This document shows positions 40,401-47,925 of a stretch of DNA of 64,000 nucleotides, piece after piece. A model generated the notes under the pieces. It was not told the DNA's origin and made no database searches. It was given only the letters and a program-made list of their open reading frames with translations. The number at the start of each line of letters is the position of its first letter. The stretch's first letter is position 1. A program made the position numbers and the translations under genes. The DNA is from Eledone cirrhosa (Eukaryota): positions 18,290,001 through 18,354,000 of the forward strand of contig OZ024747.1 of NCBI GenBank assembly GCA_964016885.1, read 5' to 3'.

Positions 40401-43400
40401 TCTTAAAGGTTTTTGTGATGGAAGGATTTTAGATAAGTATAATTACTTTAGAATAAACATCTTAGTAATTAGAATGCATTAGAAAAGCATTGGAGATATA
40501 ATGGTTCAGCTAGAGTAGACTAGAGCAATAAGGACAAAACAAAACATTAGTTCTTAACCTATATATCATTATACTTGAAGGTTAAAACCTCTTTTCAAAT
40601 GAATAATAATAATAATAATGAAATATTGTGTACAGTGCTCAGGTGCACTACAACTCATCAAAAAGTGTATGTATAGTACATAGGGTAATGTACAAAAGTC
40701 AGGAAAATGAACAGTGCATGAGTCATGATATACACATGTGTGCATGTGTATGGAAGGGGTACATCAGGTGTAGTTTTGAAGAATGAAGAAAAATCAGTGT
40801 GTTGTTCTTTAGAGCTATTATTCATTGTGTGATTAACTGTTGGTGGAAAGGTAACATGCACAGACTGGACACAATAGCCAATCAGCTCCATAAAGTTCAG
40901 ATCTATTAATACTAGGCTTATTCTTGTTGCTAAAAAGTGCCTCTCTACCCTATTGGATGGGAAGGTGATAACATGTTCTAAGTAAGATGTATTTATGTGG
41001 TGTGAGAAGGGACTATATGATAATAGGTGGGGAGGGATAAGGGAAGATGACAAGTGTGGTAGGATTTAAAGCAGTTGATGTAATTGAGAGAAGGGGTTAG
41101 GATATATAATGGCATGAGGATATGTGGTGATGGTTGTGGTGACAGCAATGTTTAACTTAGGCTCAAAGTCACTCATTTCTTTTAGGTGTGGGGTATAATC
41201 AATTAAATAGAACTCAGTACTTGTCCAATACTTATTTTATTGATGCAGTTTGTCTGGAATTTTCCTGTTTCTGTCAAGTCACCATTCTTTAACTCTTTAG
41301 CATTTAAACCGGCTGTATCCGGCCAGAATTCTCTCACCCCTTTCTGTTCAAACCGGCCATAACTATCCACTCATACTGACGTTAAGGTATTGTTCTCAAA
41401 ATAAATAACATCAAAATCTCATAGATTCGATATGATGTGAGATAATTATATAAGATAAAGCCTTTACTGCAAAAATACAATAGTATATATAGAGTAATGT
41501 AAAAGCTTTTGGTACCAACCCAGCTGAAACCATCCCGTATTTTATGATTAAAAAAATGCTCTTTTAAAGTGTTCATATTTATATTAAAACCTATCATCAT
41601 AATTTTATGCAAGAATGTTTTTTCAGTAATAATCCAAACATCAGCTTAATAACAAAAATTTAGTTATACTACTAAATTCCTCCAAATATTTTATCATTTT
41701 CAAAATTAATTGAAACATGAGAAATATGATAACAAATTATCAAGTTTATTTTTGTCAGTTGATTTTACTTTAAAATTCAAAATAAATCTTCTGTTTTGTT
41801 TATTTATAAAGTCCAATTTTCTCTTTAGATATTCAAACCCTGATCTCTTAAGTCATGAAAAGAAAAATGTGACAGTCACTCATATATTGGTAGTATACAA
41901 TAATGGTCCGAGTCCTTTGCTTGATGTTACTATGAATATTACATTGCCTAGCTTACTCAAAGAACAACCTCATTTGATAAAAAGAGTATGCAAGGTAAGG
42001 CTTCATTTCTCTCACTGTAGATTATTATTATAAGTGCTGGTGTGATGATAAAATGCATCCAGTGCACTCTGTAAAATAGTAGTGCTGGTGCCATGTTAAA
42101 ATGTACTTAGTACACTCTGTAAAGTGATAATGCTGATGCCGTGAGAAAATGTACCTAGTGCATTTTCTAAAGTGATAGTGCTGGTGCCACGATAAAATGC
42201 ACCCAATACACTGTAAAGTGGTAGTGCTGGAGCTATGGTAAAACACACCCATGTGAAATGGTTGGCATTAAAACCATGTCAAAAAGAAATATTTGAACAA
42301 AACATGGTGATCTTATCTATCTAATCTCAGCTTTCACAACCCATGCCAGCATGGAAAATGGATGTAAAGTGGTAATTATGATGGTGATAATTAAATTACA
42401 TACTTCCAATGTTTCTGTGAAGGGTCTAACATAATCCCAGCATGGAAAGTAGGCATAAAATTATGATCATCATCATGATCATTATTATTGTTGTTTCCTT
42501 CTTACTGTTCAGTCAGTGAGAGAAGGGCTGTGCCCATGACCTTTTCAGGATCTCAGAGATTAGTGTGCTAAAGACACTCAAATGTCAGGTGTTGGTGCTA
42601 AACTGGACAACAGATTAAGTTTAACACCCATGTAATCCATAACAGAATTTGAACTCAGAACACAAAAATCCAGAAAAATGTCACAAGGCATCTTGTTTGT
42701 TGCTCTAATAATTCTACCAATTTACTGCCCTAGACTGGTACTTTCTTTTACTAACCCTGGCAGTATTTGCACTTAGACTGGATACGGCTCATCTTATCTA
42801 AATGTTAGCAACAGAGTGTGGACTAAAGTCATCTTATGGCTAGATAGTGGTGTAAAACAGATAAGGGATTATGATTTATTAACTGCAAATGTTTTACTTA
42901 TCTGTAAGTCTTATGTTTGTATTTCAAATTCAATATTTCAGGATCCAGCTTGTCCTACTTCCTTCTCTTTTGGAACCATAAACAGTAAAGTTACAAAAAA
43001 AGTTGACATTGTTTTTACTATCAGTGAAAAAATTTACATAGAAAAAAAGGTATGTTGAATTCACTCCTATTTTAGTTTATTAACTTATATAATAAAAAAA
43101 TATCTTAAAATGGGTTTCTTAATTCAAATGTTTATAGTAACTTTTCTCTTTGTGAAAATTTGCAATATTAGTGCAAGGACTTCAATTTTTATTGTCATGC
43201 AGTCATAGTGTTGTTTTGCACTTTTCAAGTATGTCATGCTAATTTGGTTTCATGCGGTACAGGATGCAAAAAGTTAATATTGAATCTTTGTCAGATGAAG
43301 ACTGATTTGGTATAAACAGCAAAGCACTAGCAAGAGGTTGCTCTTGTAAAAGTGGAAGCCTCTACTTAAAGCTACTATTACTATATGGATGTCCCTTGCA

Positions 43401-46400
43401 ATTGAGTATGACTTTTGCTAATGGTTTTAGGTGCCCATAAAGTTATAAGGAGACACAGACGCCCTCTCCACCCTCCCTCACTTTTTACAATAGAAACTCG
43501 AAGATGTGACAGCTGGAAGGAGAGAGAGCCACACCAGTAATGGACTGGTAGCTTCTTTATTGACCCTGAAAGGACAAAAGACAAAGTTGACTTCAGTGGG
43601 ATTTGAACTCGAGATAATTAGACAGGTGGAACAAATATCCAACAATTTAACAACTCTGCCAAATTGACCTAATGTGAAACAAAATAATCCTCGTGCCCCC
43701 AAAATAAATTTATTCTTGCCACAGTCAGCCACTACCGCTACAACTACCCCCATCACCTCCACCACTGACACTGCCTGTGCCACTACCATAAGCACTACCA
43801 CTATCACTGCAACAACCTCTGCCACCACCACTATTATCACTACCACCACCAGTAGCCTTCTTAAATTCCTGTAAATATGGCAGCAGCAATAATCAATTAA
43901 TAAGGGGCAGAGTTTTTTCTTAATTTTAATGAGATATCATATCTCTTAGTTGAGTACTAATTCTGAGAATCTAGAATTTTACACTTGTTAATGACCATAA
44001 ATTATACATAAACAGGATGTAGGTTTAGGTTTTGGCTACTCACTCTCATATATATTATAAGTCGTGTACCATTTATAAAATAATTGAGGTGTATATATGA
44101 TAATGTATACGTCTTGTTACAAATGTTTTAAGCTATGATCATGTCACAGCTCTCTCAGTAGCTCTGTGAGAACACCAAATACTAGTATTTCAAGATTTAT
44201 AACTATCATCACTGACGTTTATTCACATGATACTGAGACAAGAGTAAATTTTGGCTTATATACAGTACTATTGCTAATCATGTGTTCTCAGTTCAAATAT
44301 TGCCAAGCCCCACTTTGCTTTTCATCTTTTTGGGATTGATAAAGAAACTATCAGCTTCTAACCTAACACCCTGGATGTTCCGCTGGATGAAAAGACAGAG
44401 GTTCATGAGGATATCTGTGTTTCCTCATGACTATATGGACACCTAAAACCCTTAGCGATTACAAGTGATAGCTGTACAGCCTAATAACGTCCGTTACTCC
44501 GTACCATTAATTAGAACAGACTGGATGTTGTTTTACTGGGAGGGCTGGGAAATGGTTTGGAAGAATGTGTTTCAATATTAATTTATGACTAGTGATGTAT
44601 GTGTACAATGGGTGGGGTTGACTGTAGGATTATGATCTGCATTTGCTCTATGGATAGCATGGGTTTGGTTTAGAGTTGTTTACATTCTAGTTGAGGCAAA
44701 TAGTGGTCTTAGTTATTTATATATATATCAAATAAAATCGGGGGGGGGGGGGGGGGTAACCACAGTTAAAAAGGGTACACATATATTATTAGAGTGTAAG
44801 CATCATTATTTAATATAGAAATAGCTTCTGCAGGACTAAAACTGATTCATTCCTGATGAATTTCAAACGCGGAAGTAGCTGTAAAAACAGCCAGCTGCTA
44901 TTATGCATAGCAAAAGTCAGATTAAGATATAACCTCATAAGATCGGAAGAACGGTCAGTGAAAGAGGGAGAGAAGGAGAGAATGTGAAAGAGAATCTAAA
45001 GTATATGATGAGAAATGATAACAATGGAGCAAATTTTTTTTTTTGGGGGGGGGGGGGGTACGAAAGAGAAAAAACAGTGGAGAAAGGATGAAAAATGTAA
45101 ACCAGAGAGAACCAAAAAACTATAGAGTCATAATCACCTCATCAGCTTCCTTCAAACATACATGATTTTGTGCAGGGAAAAGGAAGTATCATGTATTTAA
45201 GGTTTGCCTGCACAAAAGAATTAAAATCAAAATTTCTGTTATATATATATTTGTATGTAATGCCACTGTATTTTTCAGGACTTGAAATATCTGGAGACAA
45301 AGGCTATACTGAGTAGAAGAGATCATCCATTATATATGCCTGATGGCAACCAGTGGCCCTGGGAATTATTAGTAAGTACAATAGGCTAAATCTAAGAACT
45401 GGCAGAAAGGAAAATGGTCCCCCATCTTTTTGATGAGGAGTGTTCCAGTTATTTAATCAATGGGACAGCTTGCTCATGAAATTAACAATCGAGAGTTGGC
45501 CGAAAAGTTCATAGGCTGACCAAGATACTCTCATGGAATGACCAAATAAGGTTTATTTTTCAACATAGTCTCTGGAAAGAAACAATGCAGTTATTAATAA
45601 GAAAAGTTGATATTAATTCATGTAAGATTTCATAGCTCTAGCATATCTCCTTCATTGTCAGTCTATGAACTTTTCAGCCTACCCTCGTATACAGGACTGA
45701 ACATTCCACCAGTGTGTGACAAGGCTGACCTTCTGAATTACATGTGCAGTCCATCTGACAGGCTACCAAGCAATTTCTGTCTACCCAAATTCACTCACAA
45801 AGCTTGAGCTGAGCTAAGGCTATGGTAAATGACCCCTGTGCAAGATGCCACTCAGTGGGATAAAACTCAGAGCCTTATGATTGCAAAGTGAACTTCTTAA
45901 CTGAAATACACACACTCTGGTTTGTATAAAGGGCTTAGTTCAAAATTCTGAGATTACCATATGGAACAGAATAGACTACTGTCAGTTTTAGCAATGAATG
46001 TTCCAATTGTTCAATCAATGGAACAGCCTGCTTATAAAATCAATGTGTAAATGGTTGAACATCTGAGAGATTCAGCATGATACAGTGTGTGACAAGGCTG
46101 GTTCATTGATTTACAGGTACAGTCCATCTTGTACTATGGTGTGAGTGACTGAGCATTCTACTGACATATGTAATCTTAACATAATTCCCAGGAAAACACA
46201 ACAGTTTGTGTGTGACAAGATTGGTACATTCGACAGGCTTTCAAAAGGTTACTGCCTACTAAATTTCATTCATAAGGCAATAAATAGATCAACCTGAGGC
46301 CATAGTTAATAACACTTGCCCATCTTGCTGCACAGTTGAATTGAGCCAGCGACTTAATGATTGTGAAGCAAACTTAGCCATTCAGACATGTTGCATCCAC

Positions 46401-47522
46401 ACCAAGTAGAAACACCTGAGGAAAGCCAGAAGGTGCAGTGGCAAAAACATTGTGATTATCATAAGCAAGATGAGGAATATTAGTTTAACTCTTCAGCATT
46501 TAAACCGGTCATATCCAGCCAGAATTCTCTCACTTCTTTCTGTTCAAACTGGCTGTATCTGCCCGTCATACTGATGTTAAGGTATTCTCAAAATAAATAA
46601 TATCAAAATCCCATAGATTCGATATTATGTGAGATAAAGCTTTAATGTGAAAATACAATAGTAAATAGAGTAATGTAAAGGCTAAAGGGTTAAATGAATC
46701 AGTTTAAAAAATTCTTTTTTTTTTATTCAATTACTTTTTTTCATTGTTTTGTGTGTGTGTTTTTTTTTTAATAGGTCAGAACTAACTTCCAAACTGAGGC
46801 TGAACCTATTAAGCCATGGGTCATTGTTGTCTGCGTAATATGTGGAGTTTTCCTTCTCTGTCTCATTGTTGCTTTGTGTTGGTGGGTAAGTGTCTTTAAA
46901 TGATCTTTATTTCTTCTTTTCAATGATTTATTGTTTTTTTAAATATCATCATCCAATGTCTAAGACCAGTAAAGGAATAAAATGATATTGAGTTAATGCA
47001 CACAGTACACTCTGTACAGTGGTAGAGAGCTGGTGCCACAATAAAATGCACCCAGTAGGAAGGGAATTCATGAAATGATGGTGATGGTGCAACAGTAGCA
47101 GCTACAAAAGTTTTAAGGCCATTTTCCCTGCTAAAGTAGGTGTTAACCTCACAGGCCCATGATCAGCTTCTCATCGTTGGGTCCTTCTTGAAACAATGCT
47201 TTACACCTGAATGTCTTTCCTGGTGCCAATTCTTTTAGTCATCTTTTGTGACAGGGTACAGTGTACATATTCTAAACTGGATACACACAGCAGATAAATA
47301 AAATAGTGTATATGTAATGAAATAAAAGATATCTGAATATTTTAATTTTTTTTAAAATATATATTTCTATTCTTCTTTTTTTAATAGTGTGGATTTTTCA
47401 AGCGTAATAAAATCAATCATGATGAAGAACTTTTTGCTGCCAATGATAAATCCTCAAACGAAACAGAAGAAAATAATGTTGTATCAGATCAAAAACCAGA
47501 TGTGGATGATAAATTATTATAG
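7466..47522 (+). CDS. Integrin alpha subunit (no I domain, alpha4/alpha9-like motifs), 19 coding exons, 5'-partial
   Basis: Hand-spliced exons give one open frame of about 884 codons with FG-GAP repeats (VLIGAP, WLGANI..TCGHRW, IVGVP, GYSV..MGVP, YFG..LVGVP, RFG..IGAPYE, FG..LVGAY), three DxD/NxD Ca loops, genu CGDDDKC, TM helix and GFFKR. All introns are GT..AG with compatible phases. Exact orthology cannot be assigned. Confidence 0.96.
8230..8433 (-). mobile_element. piggyBac-type MITE copy 3
   Basis: TTAA flanks at 8226-8229 and 8434-8437. Confidence 0.78.
9000..9190 (+). mobile_element. tRNA-type SINE; further copies at about 11590-11778, 15955-16138, 21860-22010, 25810-25992, 29972-30133(-), 36620-36815, 48660-48860, 58840-59030, 59738-59920(-), 63770-64000(-)
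   Basis: Same consensus as 7021-7209. Confidence 0.85.
10161..10368 (+). mobile_element. piggyBac-type MITE copy 4 (best TIRs)
   Basis: TTAA|CCCTTTAGCATT ... AATGCTAAAGGG|TTAA. Confidence 0.85.
10440..10684 (+). mobile_element. CR1-like LINE 3' end with (TTA)n tail
   Basis: [15 protein letters not shown] remnant; same 3' UTR as 40103-40397. Confidence 0.7.
10690..10778 (+). CDS. Integrin alpha exon: [30 protein letters not shown]
   Basis: ttacag / gtaag, phase 1 to 0, WLGA motif of blade 2. Confidence 0.9.
12079..12555 (-). mobile_element. RTE LINE (subfamily B) 3' fragment inserted in a SINE
   Basis: [28 protein letters not shown]; (CAT)n tail on + strand; SINE halves either side. Confidence 0.85.
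12810..12890 (+). mobile_element. Small AP-endonuclease fragment of an RTE/BovB-like LINE
   Basis: [22 protein letters not shown] (GDFNARVG-like motif). Confidence 0.55.
13320..14570. repeat. Compound trinucleotide low-complexity tract (GGT/GTA/GAT/GTT) with higher-order units
   Basis: Recurring GATAGTGGAGGTGATGGTGGTAGTAGT units; explains the long stop-free ORFs. Confidence 0.9.
14740..15848 (+). mobile_element. 5'-truncated RTE LINE (subfamily A-like) with PHD finger
   Basis: [26 protein letters not shown], then FCYLG, LHGSETW, WYGHV; internal TGA; (GAT)n tail. Confidence 0.9.
16530..17160. repeat. Minisatellite, about 25-34 bp units (GTGTAGTGTGGAAGTGAAGGCATGTTGTGT)
   Basis: Directly visible tandem array. 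Confidence 0.9.
17275..17451 (+). CDS. Integrin alpha exon: TCGHRW...NGIC...[10 protein letters not shown]
   Basis: tgtag / gtaagt, 177 nt, phase 0 to 0, CGHRW and GxC motifs. Confidence 0.92.
17945..18471 (-). mobile_element. RTE LINE subfamily B 3' fragment
   Basis: ORF 17965..18453 with LHGSETW and RLRWYGHV; (CAT)n tail. Confidence 0.88.
18598..21453 (-). mobile_element. Nearly full ORF of RTE LINE subfamily B (APE + RT + PHD), 5'-truncated and frameshifted
   Basis: APE ([19 protein letters not shown]), RT ([32 protein letters not shown] instead of YADD), PHD, FRYLG, WYGHV; several stops and frameshifts. Confidence 0.93.
22036..22084 (+). CDS. Integrin alpha exon: [16 protein letters not shown]
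   Basis: tacag / gtaag, 49 nt, phase 0 to 1. Confidence 0.88.
23087..23297 (+). mobile_element. piggyBac-type MITE copy 5
   Basis: TTAA flanks, degenerate TIRs, same body. Confidence 0.78.
26705..26870 (+). mobile_element. Second tRNA-type SINE family; inverted copy at about 26335-26490, others about 45770-45900, 46250-46390, 51845-51980
   Basis: Shared AAGAAGTTTGCTTC..TTGGGCAAGTGTCTTC..TTGTGAGTGAAATT consensus. Confidence 0.65.
27062..27430. repeat. Tandem 144-bp repeat, about 2.6 copies
   Basis: GGAGGACCCT recurs at 27121, 27265, 27409. Confidence 0.88.
27642..28730 (-). mobile_element. 5'-truncated RTE LINE subfamily A
   Basis: ORF 28049..28762: last PHD CxxC (FICGRC), FRYLG, LHGSETW, WYGHV; (TA)n both sides. 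Confidence 0.9.
28835..28924 (+). ncRNA. Type I hammerhead ribozyme motif with extended stem II
   Basis: CATAT-CTGACGA-[61 nt]-GAAAC-ATAT-GTA-ATATG; perfect 5-bp stem I, palindromic ACATATGT stem III. Confidence 0.62.
28995..29681 (-). mobile_element. Penelope-like remnant bounded by 72-bp direct repeats
   Basis: 28995-29066 and 29610-29681 differ at 1 nt; on the minus strand each starts CTGATGAAGGAC. No coding remnant recognised. Confidence 0.45.
30234..30323 (+). CDS. Integrin alpha exon: SGIFLYSNK...NNSYAG
   Basis: tttag / gtaagt, phase 1 to 1; SYAG joins YSV of the next exon. Confidence 0.9.
30575..30892 (-). mobile_element. CRE-clade (RLE) retrotransposon 3' fragment
   Basis: [39 protein letters not shown], same family as 60600-62036. 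Confidence 0.8.
31155..31237 (+). CDS. Integrin alpha exon: [28 protein letters not shown]
   Basis: ttaag / gtaagt, phase 1 to 0, blade 4. Confidence 0.92.
31594..32003 (+). mobile_element. Internal RTE-A fragment embedded in a SINE
   Basis: Near-identical to the reverse complement of about 28115-28525; SINE sequence resumes at CCAAGGTTGATAAAATAAAG. Confidence 0.88.
32354..32413 (+). CDS. Integrin alpha exon: [20 protein letters not shown]
   Basis: ttcag / gtgagt, 60 nt, phase 0 to 0. Confidence 0.87.
33205..33391 (-). mobile_element. tRNA-type SINE with 18-bp TSD
   Basis: ATAATGAACTTTTATAAT at 33187-33204 and 33392-33409. Confidence 0.9.
33435..33575 (+). CDS. Integrin alpha exon: IGSYFG...[15 protein letters not shown]...SNGK
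   Basis: accag / gttag; Ca-binding FG-GAP blade 5; inside listed ORF 33408..33656. Confidence 0.96.
33719..33821 (+). CDS. Integrin alpha exon: KLQKK...[19 protein letters not shown]
   Basis: tttag / gtaagt, phase 0 to 1, blade 6 Ca loop. Confidence 0.95.
33929..34149 (+). mobile_element. piggyBac-type MITE copy 6
   Basis: TTAA at 33925-33928 and 34150-34153. Confidence 0.82.
34291..34482 (+). CDS. Integrin alpha exon: DIAIGAPYE...[18 protein letters not shown]
   Basis: Strong pyrimidine tract + ccag / gtatg, phase 1 to 1. Confidence 0.96.
35271..35480 (+). CDS. Integrin alpha exon: DFLVGAYLS...SRPV...(thigh start)
   Basis: ttcag / gtaag, phase 1 to 1, VGA..RPV propeller end. Confidence 0.95.
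35790..36210 (-). mobile_element. Old degenerate RTE (Expander-like) fragment
   Basis: [24 protein letters not shown] remnant. Confidence 0.45.
36366..36490 (+). CDS. Integrin alpha exon (thigh): DLEGMLLTG...LIIEK
   Basis: ttcag / gtaat, phase 1 to 0, open frame bridging neighbours. Confidence 0.85.
36836..37305 (+). mobile_element. L1/Tx1-like LINE 3' end
   Basis: [22 protein letters not shown]-terminal pattern, 3' UTR ending AATAAA, (TTA)n flanks. Confidence 0.5.
37511..37621 (+). CDS. Integrin alpha exon (thigh): DHPNIFQPI...CKICPIL...YLKK
   Basis: tttag / gtaat, phase 0 to 0, PI...PIL thigh motifs. Confidence 0.9.
38152..38637. repeat. 26-bp minisatellite (CATGTCAACTAGGTACCTTACTGTAC), about 18 copies
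   Basis: Directly visible tandem array with alternating variants. Confidence 0.93.
39456..39928 (+). CDS. Integrin alpha exon (genu + calf-1): [17 protein letters not shown]...CTLGNP...NFNG
   Basis: ctcag / gtaag, 473 nt, phase 0 to 2; canonical genu and CxLGNP motifs. Confidence 0.96.
40103..40397 (+). mobile_element. CR1-like LINE 3' end
   Basis: [20 protein letters not shown] motif, 3' UTR and (TTA)n tail. Confidence 0.78.
40602..40776 (-). mobile_element. CR1-like 3' UTR, inverted copy
   Basis: Reverse complement of about 40230-40397. Confidence 0.8.
41293..41503 (+). mobile_element. piggyBac-type MITE copy 7 (3' TIR lost)
   Basis: Same body, TTAA at 41289-41292. Confidence 0.75.
41829..41994 (+). 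CDS. Integrin alpha exon (calf-2): YSNPD...VYNNGPS...RVCK
   Basis: tttag / gtaag, phase 2 to 0, NNGPS motif. Confidence 0.94.
42030..42255. repeat. About 44-48 bp tandem repeats of an RTE 3' UTR-like unit
   Basis: GTGCTGGTGCC..ATAAAATGCACCCAGTACACTCTGTAAAGTG repeated about 5 times; the unit also occurs in many dispersed short RTE-tail relics (e.g. 23860-24060, 24630-24860, 25280-25475, 32660-33170, 39170-39345). Confidence 0.75.
42942..43049 (+). CDS. Integrin alpha exon (calf-2): [11 protein letters not shown]...IEKK
   Basis: ttcag / gtatgt, phase 0 to 0. Confidence 0.85.
45279..45371 (+). CDS. Integrin alpha exon: DLKYLETKA...QWPWELL
   Basis: tttcag / gtaagt, phase 0 to 0, 31 open codons. 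Confidence 0.82.
46489..46689 (+). mobile_element. piggyBac-type MITE copy 8
   Basis: TTAA flanks; ends TAAAGGG|TTAA 85 nt before the TM exon. Confidence 0.8.
46775..46885 (+). CDS. Integrin alpha transmembrane exon: VRTNF...[24 protein letters not shown]
   Basis: aatag / gtaagt, hydrophobic helix beginning PWVI. Confidence 0.95.
47388..47522 (+). CDS. Integrin alpha last coding exon: CGFFKRNK...PDVDDKLL*
   Basis: aatag acceptor, GFFKR signature, TAG at 47520-47522. Confidence 0.96.
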   Translation, partial: CGFFKRNKINHDEELFAANDKSSNETEENNVVSDQKPDVDDKLL

Positions 47523-47704
47523 CCTTATTCTCATTACTTAAATTAATGTGTATATATGTATGTGAGTGAATATGTGTCTTAGGTATACACTGTATATACT
47601 CATGTATAAGTTGAACCCTTTCCCATGAAAATATGATATGAAGAACCAGCATATGACTTAGCTAATGGTCCTGCAAAATCACATCATTACCGTCATCATC
47701 ATCG

Positions 47705-47740
<36 letters not shown>

Positions 47741-47919
47741 CTGTTTTATGTCCGTGTTTCACGCTGGTATGAATGATACATTGTAAATGTTGTATGCAAA
47801 ATAGAGGTGCCACTTATACTTGGGTATGTACAATAGTTGTGAGTGTGTATATGTCTCTGTCAGACTTGGAGTGGAGCTGATGGAAGGAGGAGGGGTCCAG
47901 TTCTGTCCAGTGTTATTTC

Positions 47920-47925
47920 AATAAA
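47920..47925 (+). promoter_or_regulatory. Candidate polyadenylation signal (another at about 49168)
   Basis: AATAAA downstream of the stop; weak evidence in AT-rich DNA. Confidence 0.25.
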
